Source of the DNA: an uncultured virus (IMG/VR IMGVR_UViG_3300031087_000513)
Lineage: Duplodnaviria; Heunggongvirae; Uroviricota; Caudoviricetes
Length of the DNA stretch: 64,000 bases
Strand: one strand, 5' to 3'
Virus record (IMG/VR): IMGVR_UViG_3300031087_000513
Position numbers and translations under genes: made by a program. The notes below the pieces were generated by a model that was given only the letters and a program-made list of their open reading frames with translations, did not search any database and had not been told where the DNA came from. Position 1 is the stretch's first letter, and each line of letters starts with the position of its first letter. Below, in pieces: positions 26,649-37,122 of the stretch.

Positions 26649-27992
26649 ATGACTAACGTGGATCAGAGTACAGAATATGTTGCCCCTGATGGGATTGGAG
26701 CCGTCCGTTTCCCAACGAAATTTGTCCAAATTTTTGACCTAAATGAGCAGGATATTATTGCTGCCTTGACTGATTATGAGAAGGAACCTGATTTCTTTGA
26801 TGCGGTTACTGAGGCAAATAACTTAGAGGACTTCTGGTATTTGACTCCGAATAGTGTCCCGTATGAAGTTCAGAAAGCCGTGTACGCTGTTGCCCCACAG
26901 ACCGCTCAGCAAGTAGTGGCTATTGGTCATTCTCTTCCAACAGAAGAGGATATTGAGTACATTGTTCCAGAAACATCCAGCTACAATGGTAGGGGTTTAG
27001 AAGGTCTTAGCGTAGAAGAAGTTACACAGCGTTTGCTTGATGACACTACATTCCTCGTTTATGTCGCTGATGCGAACCAGGTGAGTTCTCTTGGTTTACC
27101 TGCAGCTGTTCGTGGGCGCGTGGTTCGGAAAATTGCAGAACAGGTTGCTCCACAGTTTGCAGACAATATTGTCAATTGGCGACGAAACGCAAAACAAGCT
27201 GAGCAATTGAGAGTTGCTAACGCTCTCGCTCATCAAGGCGCTTCCTCCCGCAACGGGGTTCTCTTGAACGGTAAAGAATACACTGTTCAGATTCCTGAGT
27301 ACTACAATGGTTTGGATTACTTCTTTGAACAGGCTGCCTGGAGTCCTGAGGAAGCTGTAAAGTTCGTCCTTTCCGATGAGGACTTTACTGATGCCGTCAC
27401 CGGAGAGTTAGGTGCGGTAGCACGAGAGAACCCCGAGCTGAAAGACTACTTTGAAGCTCAGCCTGTCAACCATTGGTATACAGCTGCCCAACAAGCTGCA
27501 CCTCAGGTAGTGGAACAACTTGCTGTTGATGCTGTTGAGTTCTACTGGAATCAAGCTAGAGAACAACAACTTCAAGAGCGCAATAGACTGCAGAGCAAGA
27601 GCGATAACGAACGCTTAGATGATGTTTATGCGGAGATTGCCCCTGAGATTGTTGGCATGCATAATCAAGAGGATTGCACTTCTTGTGGTCATGCGCGGAT
27701 GCAAGGAGACCATAATGAGGGTCTTACTCCTGCGGCTAATGGATATGTATTCTATCACCAGCAGAACGTTGAAAATCTTCACATGAGCATTTACTTCAAC
27801 TATGCAGCTTTTACTGACAAAGAGGGAGTAGAAGAGGACAATGAGCACATTGCAGTTGCAAACAAATTCGTTGCTGCCTTGAAGAACCACGGGTTCTCTC
27901 CTATCTGGGATGGCTCACCTGACAGCAACATTGAGGTGCCGTTTAGATGGTCTCCTCTGCTTCCTGAATTTAAGCTTGCCTCCAAGGAGTAA
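26649..27992 (+). CDS. protein with three internal repeats and a C-terminal DUF6891-like domain
   Basis: repeated D.F..AV....APQ units; CTSCG, GYVFYHQQ, HGFSPIWDGS..SNIEV. Confidence 0.65.
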   Translation: MTNVDQSTEYVAPDGIGAVRFPTKFVQIFDLNEQDIIAALTDYEKEPDFFDAVTEANNLEDFWYLTPNSVPYEVQKAVYAVAPQTAQQVVAIGHSLPTEEDIEYIVPETSSYNGRGLEGLSVEEVTQRLLDDTTFLVYVADANQVSSLGLPAAVRGRVVRKIAEQVAPQFADNIVNWRRNAKQAEQLRVANALAHQGASSRNGVLLNGKEYTVQIPEYYNGLDYFFEQAAWSPEEAVKFVLSDEDFTDAVTGELGAVARENPELKDYFEAQPVNHWYTAAQQAAPQVVEQLAVDAVEFYWNQAREQQLQERNRLQSKSDNERLDDVYAEIAPEIVGMHNQEDCTSCGHARMQGDHNEGLTPAANGYVFYHQQNVENLHMSIYFNYAAFTDKEGVEEDNEHIAVANKFVAALKNHGFSPIWDGSPDSNIEVPFRWSPLLPEFKLASKE

Positions 27993-28005
27993 GGGACATA
28001 GATTT

Positions 28006-28572
28006 ATGACGAAGCAGAAGCGTGTGCTTGACTCATTCCATCATACTTTCCCAGCAAGTGAACTGGGAGATATTACAGTAGTCGTTGCGAACAATGGCGT
28101 GCGAGCTGTGCTGTTTGAAAATCAAATGGAGAAGGCTGATTCTGAATTACTGGGTAGCCATATCCGCTCTGATGACCACCCAGTAATAGAACAGGCCGTT
28201 CAGCAGCTTCACGAATATTTTGCTGGTTCTCGCAGTGAATTTAATCTTCCGTTGTTCATTGACCAGGGACTACCTGTATATCGGAAATATGGGGACAAGA
28301 ATGTTCTGAAAGTGCTCCGAGCTGTGAACAGTATTCCCTACGGTCAGACCAAAACCTATGGTGGTATTACGAAAGATGTCGTCGGAGAAACGCCAGTTCA
28401 TTTGAAGCTAACGATGATTGGTCATATCATCAGCTCTACTCAGCTGAATGTCATTATTCCAACACATCGCGTGTTAGGAGCGGGGAACAGCTTAGTTGGT
28501 TATCCAGGCGGAGTAGCTCGCAAACGACTCCTTCTGAGCATTGAAGAGGGCAATCTCCAATCAGGTAGCTGA
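28006..28572 (+). CDS. O6-methylguanine-DNA methyltransferase homologue with PTHR instead of PCHR (ATL-like)
   Basis: QLHEYFAG, IPYGQTKTYG, IIPTHRV, LVGYPGG..RK..LL..E. Confidence 0.85.
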   Translation: MTKQKRVLDSFHHTFPASELGDITVVVANNGVRAVLFENQMEKADSELLGSHIRSDDHPVIEQAVQQLHEYFAGSRSEFNLPLFIDQGLPVYRKYGDKNVLKVLRAVNSIPYGQTKTYGGITKDVVGETPVHLKLTMIGHIISSTQLNVIIPTHRVLGAGNSLVGYPGGVARKRLLLSIEEGNLQSGS

Positions 28573-28582
28573 AAAGCCCAGC

Positions 28583-28978
28583 TCAATCAAACAGTTCACG
28601 CCATTCTGCTGCTGATACTTTTGCTCTTGCAGTTGCACGATGGATAATACCAATCCAATGACGGTTTCGAACGATGTTCTGCTTTCGTGTTTCCACATTT
28701 TCACCCGGGCGAGGTCTAAAACGGAGAATGTTCATTTCTCGCAATGTGGAAAGGCCAGCTTTACGGAGAACGATACGCTCTTTTCGGGACTGCTGTTGGT
28801 CTGAGAGCTCCTTGAAGTAGAAGCCTGGATAGTTGTATTGCTTTTGGTAGTCTTTGATGTCCACTGAATGTGATGAAAGCTTCCAGACACGACGTTCATT
28901 CCGAGTGATATTACGGCCTCGAGGCTTGACAAGGAAGAACTCTGAACGAGTGTTTGGTTTCCGTTGAGTAAAGCGCAT
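28583..28978 (-). CDS. basic hypothetical protein
   Basis: GAGGA RBS before MRFTQRK. Confidence 0.55.
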   Translation of the reverse strand: MRFTQRKPNTRSEFFLVKPRGRNITRNERRVWKLSSHSVDIKDYQKQYNYPGFYFKELSDQQQSRKERIVLRKAGLSTLREMNILRFRPRPGENVETRKQNIVRNRHWIGIIHRATARAKVSAAEWRELFD

Positions 28979-29036
28979 GATGGGGAGTCCTCTACCTTGG
29001 TTGACATGCCAGTTAGATAATGATACCATTTTCAGC

Positions 29037-29330
29037 ATGGATACTACGGAAAAGCGCTACTACGCCTACGGAGCTGGCTGGGATGCTTATGAGGATTGTG
29101 AAACCCTCGGAGAGAACATCACAGACAACGACAACGACGGGCGATGCATTTTTCCTGGACTGACTGGTTGGGACACGTTCACTGAATTCCAGGAATGGTA
29201 TGACAGTCTTTCGACCCAGGAGCAGCGTGATGTAGGCGCGTTCTATCTGTACGACTCCGAGTATGACGATAATCGTGCTTTGATTTCTGACGGAACCTAT
29301 GATACAGTAGTGTTCGCACATTACGCCTAA
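29037..29330 (+). CDS. acidic hypothetical protein (leaderless)
   Basis: TTGACA(29001)-17-TACCAT then ATG at 29037. Confidence 0.6.
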   Translation: MDTTEKRYYAYGAGWDAYEDCETLGENITDNDNDGRCIFPGLTGWDTFTEFQEWYDSLSTQEQRDVGAFYLYDSEYDDNRALISDGTYDTVVFAHYA

Positions 29331-29355
29331 CCATTTACGACACGAAAGAGTAATC

Positions 29356-30126
29356 ATGTCTCAGAACAACACCCTTCCTGATGGTGTGAAGTTCAAGGCT
29401 CTTGAAAAGGAGTCCTTCCGTTTCCTGCCTGATAACACGTATGCTGTTGTCCGCTTTGACGGTAAGAACTTCTCTTCCTTCACGAAGCGTTTCGCTAAGC
29501 CGTACGATGAGCAGTTCATGGCTGCGATGGATGACACCACCCGCAAGATGGCTGCCACCATTCCTGGGGCGCTGTTCGGCTACACTCAGTCTGATGAAAT
29601 CAGCATCGTATTCTCTGACTTGGCTTCGGAGAACAGTCAGATGTGGTTCGGTGGACGTGTTGACAAGATGCTTTCCATCGGTGCTGCAACTGTGACCGCT
29701 CTGTTCATCCAGGCTCTTGGGTTTGACGGTCTTGGTCAGATTCCTGTCTTTGATGCTCGCGTGCACACGCTGGGCGACAAGGCAGAGGTGGAAGAGTACG
29801 TTCGGTGGCGGCGCTTTGACGCTCAGAAGAACTCTGTGACGATGGCGGCGAACGTTCTGCACTCTCACAAGTTCCTGATGGGTCTTCCGTCTAAGGAGCG
29901 TTTGCGGCTGCTGGAAGGTACGGAGTACGAGACGCTGCCTGATGGCTTCTACAACGGCCGTGTGGCGTATAGGGAGCTGTTTGAACAGCCTGCCACGAAG
30001 GTCGTCCGTCCGACGAAGAAGGTCAAGAACCCTGAAACGGAAGCTGTGACGGTTACTCGCAGCCGTTGGGTTTCTGCTCCTGCAACCCGCGCGTTCATGG
30101 AGAACGACTTCCTGGACCTGATGTAG
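29356..30126 (+). CDS. tRNA(His) guanylyltransferase Thg1-like protein
   Basis: VRFDGKNFSSFT, KPYD, YTQSDEIS, WFGGRVDK, FDAR. Confidence 0.92.
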   Translation: MSQNNTLPDGVKFKALEKESFRFLPDNTYAVVRFDGKNFSSFTKRFAKPYDEQFMAAMDDTTRKMAATIPGALFGYTQSDEISIVFSDLASENSQMWFGGRVDKMLSIGAATVTALFIQALGFDGLGQIPVFDARVHTLGDKAEVEEYVRWRRFDAQKNSVTMAANVLHSHKFLMGLPSKERLRLLEGTEYETLPDGFYNGRVAYRELFEQPATKVVRPTKKVKNPETEAVTVTRSRWVSAPATRAFMENDFLDLM

Positions 30127-30132
30127 TATAAG

Positions 30133-30179
30133 AATGGGTAAGGACCAGAACCTCTGATGGGTTCTGGTCCTTACCCATT
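30133..30179. terminator. bidirectional hairpin terminator
   Basis: aatgggtaaggaccagaacc...ggttctggtccttacccatt. Confidence 0.8.
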
Positions 30180-30183
30180 TGAA

Positions 30184-30471
30184 TCAAACGTTGCTGATAA
30201 CAAGCTCTTTCTGCGCATCTGTCAGACCAATGAACTTGTCCAGGTCTTCCCGAAGTAGTGCACTGTCTTTAATTTTCTGCAAATACTCAACACCGACAAC
30301 ATGCCCACCATGCTTATTGCTCGCATAGTCAACCAGCAGGGAGTAGTGAGTCTCTGCAATTTTCTCCTCAGTGCGATTGATCGTACAATCACAGAACTGT
30401 ACATAACCAGCTTCAACCTCAGGGTCAAAGGTGGTTTTGAGGACGGACTCAGCATGTTTTGTTTCGCTCAT
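30184..30471 (-). CDS. DUF2283-like protein
   Basis: FDPEVEAGYV...LVDY...VVGVEYL. Confidence 0.6.
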   Translation of the reverse strand: MSETKHAESVLKTTFDPEVEAGYVQFCDCTINRTEEKIAETHYSLLVDYASNKHGGHVVGVEYLQKIKDSALLREDLDKFIGLTDAQKELVISNV

Positions 30472-30483
30472 GATACTATCATA

Positions 30484-30711
30484 TCACGAATCAAGGGTAT
30501 CATCAACATCATAAATGCGAGAGTTGTCATTGTCAGCTACCCAGAAGAAGATTTTACTTGACGGAGACTGTGCGACTTTTTCAGTCGCAGCGTCAATAGC
30601 ATGATCCCGATTGCCATGCTTTTCGTACTCTTCTTGCAGCCATGCATCATACTGATCTAACACATCAGTAATCTCGTCTTCACTGGGGATGATGTTCTCA
30701 ATCTCAGACAT
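30484..30711 (-). CDS. small acidic hypothetical protein
   Basis: GAGGA RBS, upstream CCGATA. Confidence 0.55.
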   Translation of the reverse strand: MSEIENIIPSEDEITDVLDQYDAWLQEEYEKHGNRDHAIDAATEKVAQSPSSKIFFWVADNDNSRIYDVDDTLDS

Positions 30712-30828
30712 GTTCCTCTTCTTTCACATACTGGGGTTTCTCAGCAAACTATCGGCTAATTAGGAGCTCTCACTTTACAGTTCCGATAGCTTCTACATCC
30801 CTTAAACGAATAGGATGTACTGTTTTCC

Positions 30829-32373
30829 ATGAGCGCTAAAGAAACCTTTGTCAACCAACTCCGCGAAGCTCGTTGGACAAGCGCAGGAGGTGGAGTCTAT
30901 CTGAAAAGTGATGAGCTGCAATTCACAACAGATTTAGCAAAGAACACCTATTCTAAAATCACTAAAGATGTGTATATTTGGACTCGTAGAGGAGGAATAA
31001 GAAGTCCCTATGGGAATCGGAATGTTCCAAAAACTTTTACACTGTACGAAGCGTTACTTTACGTTCAAAAAATGGATAAGTCAGGTATGGTCATTTTCCA
31101 TAATGTTGACCAGGACCTAAAAAATGCAGATTCGCTAACTATCGAAACATTACGCAAAGTATTGAGCGCAAATTTTTACCGTACCATCAGCAAGCGCGTT
31201 GGACTCATTCTCACTGGGACTACGGGATGGATACCAACAGCCGTATCAGAGTATTTTCAATTAGTAGAAACTCCCTTACCTGATTATGAAGAGCTTGACC
31301 AACTGCTTTCCTCTGCTCTGAATGATAAAAATCTTGAAAAATATGGCTATGATTTGAGTGTAACAAAAGAGGTTCGCAAGAATATTATCAATGCAGCATT
31401 AGGGCTCACCCGAGTAGAAGCTCAGATTGCTTTTGCGAAAGCGAAGTATGATAAGAAGATTGATAACGATGATGTGCAACTGATTGCTGGTTTGAAATCT
31501 CAAAAATACACAGACAAAGCTTTAGAGTTCTACAATACTCAGCTCAATCTAGAAGATGTCGGAGGTTTGGAAAACCTCAAAGCTTGGTTGAATAAGCGCA
31601 AACCATTATGGGAGACTGACCCTGAGATAACTCATATTCCAAAGCCAAAAGGCGTGCTGCTTACAGGTCTACCTGGAACAGGTAAATCCCTCTCAGCAAA
31701 GGCTATCTCCTCTGCCTTCGGTTTTCCACTTTTGCGCTTAGATGTGGGAAGTGTATTCGGAAAGTATTATGGGGAATCGGAAGCTGGTATGCGCTCAGCT
31801 ATCAAAGCAGCAGAAGCAAATGCTCCTTGTGTACTGTGGATTGATGAGATTGAAAAAGGATTAGGTTCTAACACGGACATGGGAGGTCAGACTCGTGAAA
31901 CAGTGGTTGGTACACTCCTTACCTGGATGCAGGAGCGGACAAAAGACATCTTCGTTGTCGCAACAGCGAATAACGTTGATGGTATTCGTCCAGAGCTGCT
32001 CCGTAAAGGGCGTTTTGATGAAATATTTTTCGTAGACTTACCCACAGATGTTGAACGTGAAGCTATTTTTAGTGTTCATCTTCGTAAGCGTGTTCCTGAT
32101 TTCACCGGTGACATAAAAACTCTAGTAGAGAACTCAGAAGGTTTTGTGGGAGCTGAAATTGAGCAAGCTGTTGTTTCAGCTATGATTGAAGCTTTCGGGG
32201 AGAATCGTGCGGTGACAACAGAAGATATTAGCTTAGCTCTTCGCAACACTACGCCGTTATCCGTATCTCAACGAGCAAACTTAGACATGACTCGTAGATG
32301 GGCAAGAGATACGCAAGCTGTTCCTGCGTCAGAAGGAACAGTCTCATTGCAACGTGCGGGTTTCCACTTCTGA
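30829..32373 (+). CDS. AAA+ ATPase (Ycf46-like)
   Basis: DVGGLENLKAWL, GLPGTGKS, WIDEIEK, ATAN, LLRKGRFDEIFFVDLP. Confidence 0.92.
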   Translation: MSAKETFVNQLREARWTSAGGGVYLKSDELQFTTDLAKNTYSKITKDVYIWTRRGGIRSPYGNRNVPKTFTLYEALLYVQKMDKSGMVIFHNVDQDLKNADSLTIETLRKVLSANFYRTISKRVGLILTGTTGWIPTAVSEYFQLVETPLPDYEELDQLLSSALNDKNLEKYGYDLSVTKEVRKNIINAALGLTRVEAQIAFAKAKYDKKIDNDDVQLIAGLKSQKYTDKALEFYNTQLNLEDVGGLENLKAWLNKRKPLWETDPEITHIPKPKGVLLTGLPGTGKSLSAKAISSAFGFPLLRLDVGSVFGKYYGESEAGMRSAIKAAEANAPCVLWIDEIEKGLGSNTDMGGQTRETVVGTLLTWMQERTKDIFVVATANNVDGIRPELLRKGRFDEIFFVDLPTDVEREAIFSVHLRKRVPDFTGDIKTLVENSEGFVGAEIEQAVVSAMIEAFGENRAVTTEDISLALRNTTPLSVSQRANLDMTRRWARDTQAVPASEGTVSLQRAGFHF

Positions 32374-32377
32374 AAAA

Positions 32378-32416
32378 GCGGGGGAGGTGAACTATTATTG
32401 GTTCTCCTCCCCCGCT
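32378..32416. terminator. bidirectional hairpin terminator
   Basis: gcgggggagg...ctcccccgct. Confidence 0.6.
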
Positions 32417-32419
32417 GAC

Positions 32420-34264
32420 TTACACGGCTATAGCTGCAGCTTGTCGCTTTTCTCGTGCAGCCTGAGCTTTCTTCTTCTTTTCTTGCTGTTTTTTCTTTTC
32501 AGCTTCCCGAGCTTTTTCCTCAGCTTTGCGAGCTTCTTCGACTCGCTTTACCCCAGCAGAAACATGCTTTTCAGTTTCCTCATATAATGGAGCGTCAACA
32601 GACATGTTGAACTTTTTGTATAGCTGGCGCATGCGACCGTCACTGGTAACTTCCATGTTCGCTAGCATCTCACCATCTTCATACACAGCGAAGACACTTG
32701 TGCGACCAGAGATGACAGAGCTGGTGTAACCACCAATACAGTTACTCATCTGGTTTCCCCAGTCGAAGAGTTCAGAACTCCACTTCGGGGAAACAATCTT
32801 ATACTGCTTATCTTCAAAAGTGTACTCAAAACCATCAAGTTCACCCATCAAGCCATCTTGCTCAAACGGCTTCGGCTTGTTCTTAATGAAGTGAAGTGCT
32901 CGGGTCAAAGAGTCATGCAGCTCTTTCCAAGAGCGGAACGAGAGGGTATCTAACTGCTCGCTAATATCATGCTTCTCTGTAACAAAAGTATGTAGCATGC
33001 GTAGCGTATCTCTGAAATGCATGTCTTCTCGGTTATTCGTGAATACGGCCAGGAGAAGACGTTTTCTGTTCGTCTCAGTTGTCTTCGCCAACAAGTCAGT
33101 AATGTATTTGAATGAGTACTCTCCTGGGTCATATGTACGGTCAATGAGAGCTGTCGTAATGACGTATTTTTTCGGGTCTTTGACCAGCATAATAAGCCAG
33201 TCTGTTGGCACTGTATTGCGGAGATTGTGAATCAGTTCCAATGGCGCAAAATACTCTGATTCAGCAACAGCTTTCATTAGGTCTTTGCGGACATTACGCT
33301 TCCCTACAAGCTTTTGAGTGAACGCACGAAGATTCGGCTCACAGAAAAGTAAATGGGAACCTGTGCGCAACATACGTCCCTCATCATAATACCGAGAGGC
33401 GAAGTAAATGGGTTGGTGAGCATCATATAGTCCTTCTCCCACAAAACCCTTTTCTGCAAAAAGTTCCATCACAGGATAAGCCATACGATGAATGAGACGA
33501 GAGGTTGGAAGAGACTGTAAATCTACATCTGGGTTTGCTTCCGCATACTTTTTCAAAACCACCCACAACGCAAATAAGTTCGCAGTAGTTCCAGTGTCAG
33601 TTGTATCAAACACTCGCCCATCAAACAACGCAATACGGCTCAGTTGTTCCATCTGGTCAGTATTCATCTGGGAACGATAGCTATGTGCAATTTGAGGACG
33701 TGTAAGAACTGCTGTAGCGGTGACGTTCTTGATTTTTGGACGATGAGCCGCTTCTTTTTTGGTTCCTGCAATGCTGTACACTCGGAGGAGTGATTTACCA
33801 AATTTTTCTGTTTTCAGAGAGTATGACCGAATGGATAAATCCTTCCAGCGTTGCCACTTCGCACCTGATGCAGCAACACCAGAAACATGCTCCTGTTGCT
33901 TGATGGTAACAATACGATCTTTCACATATACATTGTGAACGAGGCGAGCGTAATCTTCTTCCTTCTCATTGTAGAAGTCAGAAATAAAGTTGCCCTCAGC
34001 ATCGTAGCGCTTGTCAGAGAAGCCGAAAATTTGTACACCATCGTCCGTTGTGAACACAGGTTGCAACGAATTGAAATCAATTACCCCAACAGGACGCTCT
34101 TTGCCGAACGAATCAAATCCTGAGTAAGAATCCACCGTTCCTTTACGAACAGTAGGAAACGGTCCTTTCGCCGTACGGAGCTGGTTGATGATGGTCTCAC
34201 AGGGGTCAGGCTCGTCATCTAAAAGCCATCCTGCTTCAACTGTGTAATCGTCAGTAATTGTCAC
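32420..34264 (-). CDS. PcfJ-domain protein
   Basis: ELHD.L, ELFDWGNQMSNCIGGY, Q.YKKFN. Confidence 0.75.
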   Translation of the reverse strand: MTITDDYTVEAGWLLDDEPDPCETIINQLRTAKGPFPTVRKGTVDSYSGFDSFGKERPVGVIDFNSLQPVFTTDDGVQIFGFSDKRYDAEGNFISDFYNEKEEDYARLVHNVYVKDRIVTIKQQEHVSGVAASGAKWQRWKDLSIRSYSLKTEKFGKSLLRVYSIAGTKKEAAHRPKIKNVTATAVLTRPQIAHSYRSQMNTDQMEQLSRIALFDGRVFDTTDTGTTANLFALWVVLKKYAEANPDVDLQSLPTSRLIHRMAYPVMELFAEKGFVGEGLYDAHQPIYFASRYYDEGRMLRTGSHLLFCEPNLRAFTQKLVGKRNVRKDLMKAVAESEYFAPLELIHNLRNTVPTDWLIMLVKDPKKYVITTALIDRTYDPGEYSFKYITDLLAKTTETNRKRLLLAVFTNNREDMHFRDTLRMLHTFVTEKHDISEQLDTLSFRSWKELHDSLTRALHFIKNKPKPFEQDGLMGELDGFEYTFEDKQYKIVSPKWSSELFDWGNQMSNCIGGYTSSVISGRTSVFAVYEDGEMLANMEVTSDGRMRQLYKKFNMSVDAPLYEETEKHVSAGVKRVEEARKAEEKAREAEKKKQQEKKKKAQAAREKRQAAAIAV

Positions 34265-34692
34265 TTTACACCTCGGAGTGTCTCGTTTTGCAAAGTCAGA
34301 GCAACAGCATCCTTGAACAACGGAAGAGCCTCAGAACGGTCAGCATGCTCAGCAACGTTGTCAAACAGTCGCTGGTAGTCAACGGTCCAAACCTTACCGT
34401 CAAGAACCTTCACATCAGCAGTGATGTCAACCTCAGCAACCGCAGGGATGGCAGCACGGATGTTCTTCACCAGAGAATTGATACGACCATCAATCAGTTG
34501 ACCATCACGAGTCCAGTTGCTCGTATCAGGCTTCGGCTCATACAGAGCAACAGCAGTGAGGCCCTTGCGAAGCTTAACACTTCCAACACGGTCACCCTGC
34601 AAAAGAGCGTCAATGGTCTGACCGACCCGACGAGCGTCCTCCGCCGTATCAAAGAAGCTGGTGGTGTTGATATCAAGAACATACTGCGACAT
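34261..34692 (-). CDS. hypothetical protein
   Basis: ORF overlapping the next start by 4 nt. Confidence 0.65.
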   Translation of the reverse strand: MSQYVLDINTTSFFDTAEDARRVGQTIDALLQGDRVGSVKLRKGLTAVALYEPKPDTSNWTRDGQLIDGRINSLVKNIRAAIPAVAEVDITADVKVLDGKVWTVDYQRLFDNVAEHADRSEALPLFKDAVALTLQNETLRGVK

Positions 34693-34773
34693 GGTAAATA
34701 AACTTTCTGTACAAGCCAATGGAATACAAGACTCATACTACCACAAATAGTAGGGTGCAGTCAACCCAAACGC

Positions 34774-35100
34774 TTAGTTGAAAACATCAAAAATGTCACC
34801 CAGGAACTCCCAGAAACCAGAGGTTGACTGGAAGAAGTACCCGACAGGAGTCCATAAGCTCCATGTAAAAGCAATATGAACAATTACACCCAGAACAATC
34901 GATACAACCAGGCTCACACCTGCAGCAATGAAGAAAGCAATCTGATGTGCTACCAGCTCAGGCTGGAATGCTTCATACAGGAAGACGAACACTGCAATGA
35001 ATGTTGCAGCGATAACAAGGTTGCCCACCCAGTGCCAAAAAGTTGCGGAAACGAATGGGCGAAAAATCCATGGAGTGGAAGAAGCTACACTATTGGTCAT
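34774..35100 (-). CDS. membrane protein
   Basis: two TM segments. Confidence 0.6.
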   Translation of the reverse strand: MTNSVASSTPWIFRPFVSATFWHWVGNLVIAATFIAVFVFLYEAFQPELVAHQIAFFIAAGVSLVVSIVLGVIVHIAFTWSLWTPVGYFFQSTSGFWEFLGDIFDVFN

Positions 35101-35137
35101 AAAAGTATTCTAACGTATTGCTCATCAAATGTCCAGA

Positions 35138-35611
35138 TTAGTTGTCTGAAATTTCAGGCGACCAGAGGTAGAAGTCATGGTTAGAGGCTTCGGTAAATAC
35201 AAAGCTCCGATCAGGGATGAGTTGATCTGTTAGTAGGGTCTCTTTCACTAAGGGGCTTAGAAACCCCTGCTTCTGATTTGCCCAAATCATATACGCCTCA
35301 GCGCATCGTCCAGCAACAAGAATATAGTCAGCGATTTTCTCAAGATCATCAGCGATGACACCAAGATCATTTACTCCACCAATATTGCTGAGCTGGGAAC
35401 TTTTATCCCATTTTCTCCATAGTTCAAACAAGTATGCTCGGTCTGCCCAAGCGTGCAATACAACGGAATTACGTCCACCATGGTTTTCGGAGAATTTATC
35501 GAACATGATGACTAAACCAGTATCTCCGACTTCATACGGAGTGTTTATCTTGAACACTGTTTCCCTATTCAGTGAAACCAGCCGACGAACTTGATGTAGC
35601 AATCTCCACAT
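35138..35611 (-). CDS. hypothetical protein (start uncertain)
   Basis: ORF downstream of tdk. Confidence 0.55.
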   Translation of the reverse strand: MWRLLHQVRRLVSLNRETVFKINTPYEVGDTGLVIMFDKFSENHGGRNSVVLHAWADRAYLFELWRKWDKSSQLSNIGGVNDLGVIADDLEKIADYILVAGRCAEAYMIWANQKQGFLSPLVKETLLTDQLIPDRSFVFTEASNHDFYLWSPEISDN

Positions 35612-36144
35612 AAAGACTCATACTCAGCTTGCTGCCCATCAATAGCAACCTGAGAACCTTCACGAACCCATTCGCCATTGACTTTACGGCCATTGAACAT
35701 AGCTTTGCGACCGCAACGGCAAATGGTCTTCATCTCTTCTAAGGAATGAGCGAGCTCCATCAGACGCGCTGAACCAGGGAATGCTTTTGTTGCGAAGTCA
35801 GTACGGATACCGTATGCCAGGACAGGGACATCTTCCTTGACTGCAATGTAGAACAGCTGTTCAACCTGCTTCGGGGTCAAGAACTGCGCTTCATCAACGA
35901 GGATACAGTCAACTTTCTCAGTTTCAGCTGCGAGCATATCCCGAATGTCATCGTCAGGTCCAATATGCCAGTCAACATCAGCTGAAACATTGAGGCGGGA
36001 AAGAACTTTATCGCTTTTGGTATCAATGCTTGGTTTTGCAATGATAGGACGCTGTTCCCGCTCGATGTAGTTGTAGGAAACCTGTAACAGTGCGGTGCTC
36101 TTACCCGCATTCATTGGACTATGGCGAAAAAATAATTTACTCAC
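35569..36144 (-). CDS. tdk: thymidine kinase
   Basis: MNAGKS, VDEAQF, YGIRTDF, CRCG...YESLC. Confidence 0.95.
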   Translation of the reverse strand: MSKLFFRHSPMNAGKSTALLQVSYNYIEREQRPIIAKPSIDTKSDKVLSRLNVSADVDWHIGPDDDIRDMLAAETEKVDCILVDEAQFLTPKQVEQLFYIAVKEDVPVLAYGIRTDFATKAFPGSARLMELAHSLEEMKTICRCGRKAMFNGRKVNGEWVREGSQVAIDGQQAEYESLCGDCYIKFVGWFH

Positions 36145-36271
36145 AAGCGAATCCTAACATTATTTTCTCAGCAACCATGTTTTTATAGTTGACTTTACGC
36201 TTCTATGAGCATCTGCTTTGAATAACAGCCTATCTATACTACTTTCCATTTCATCCCGATATTCATACATT

Positions 36272-36703
36272 ATGAGCTTTCAACAACCAGGTCCCGCGCT
36301 GGTTATGCCACCAGCGACTCCGCCTTCACAGCGGTCAACTGTATCTTCCAGCATTATCAGCATCATTTTAGCTATTTTTGGAACGTTGATTTTAGTCTGG
36401 TCCTTTGGATTCCCATCTAATGCCCCGGCGGAAGTTGTCATCGCTTGGTTGAGCGTAGCAGGAATGTGGATAGGTACTGTGCTGTTAGGCATCCTGGATT
36501 TAACAACCGAGTATAATCGGAAGCGTTTCCATGACGTGACAGTGCATTACACGCAGATGACAGGGGATCAGCGGTTCCTCCCGTACATTATTAGACCAAA
36601 TCTTGTCGCAGTATGGGTCTTGCAAGGAGCGGCGTTTGCAATGATTGTCTTCACCACATTCTTCGCCATTTTCTGGGGCAGCACAATTTCAGGAGGGTAC
36701 TGA
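36272..36703 (+). CDS. membrane protein (3 TM)
   Basis: hydrophobic segments; CCGATA 10 nt upstream. Confidence 0.65.
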   Translation: MSFQQPGPALVMPPATPPSQRSTVSSSIISIILAIFGTLILVWSFGFPSNAPAEVVIAWLSVAGMWIGTVLLGILDLTTEYNRKRFHDVTVHYTQMTGDQRFLPYIIRPNLVAVWVLQGAAFAMIVFTTFFAIFWGSTISGGY

Positions 36704-37068
36704 TGAGTAATATGTTCCCGAACCATAGCGTCCAGCATTCATCAGCGGTCCCTGTTGTTCAGTATAAGTCTTCTGCTGGATGGGTTGTTCCTGTCTCATT
36801 GCTGTTAGCGTTGACGGGGTTCATTCCGTGGGGCATTTTCGCTTCTACAGGGCATGAGCTGCGCTACATGAACCATGGGTTCTGGTGGTTGATTGTTTCT
36901 TGGCCTTTGTTAGCATCTGTCATCATTCCAGCATTGCATATCAAAGTGCAAGGCTATCAACCATTATGGGAGAAGCTAACCATGATTGGCCTGGCGGTGT
37001 TCGGATTAGCTATGTGCACACTTCCAGTCATATCAACTCTTCTTTATGGCTCTGGTATTGGAAACTAA
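36703..37068 (+). CDS. membrane protein (3 TM)
   Basis: TGATG coupling; hydrophobic segments. Confidence 0.65.
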   Translation: MSNMFPNHSVQHSSAVPVVQYKSSAGWVVPVSLLLALTGFIPWGIFASTGHELRYMNHGFWWLIVSWPLLASVIIPALHIKVQGYQPLWEKLTMIGLAVFGLAMCTLPVISTLLYGSGIGN

Positions 37069-37122
37069 GCTACTATATAGCAGATAAGTTTCTTTGTCGC
37101 ATATGCTGAAAGTTAGGTCCTC

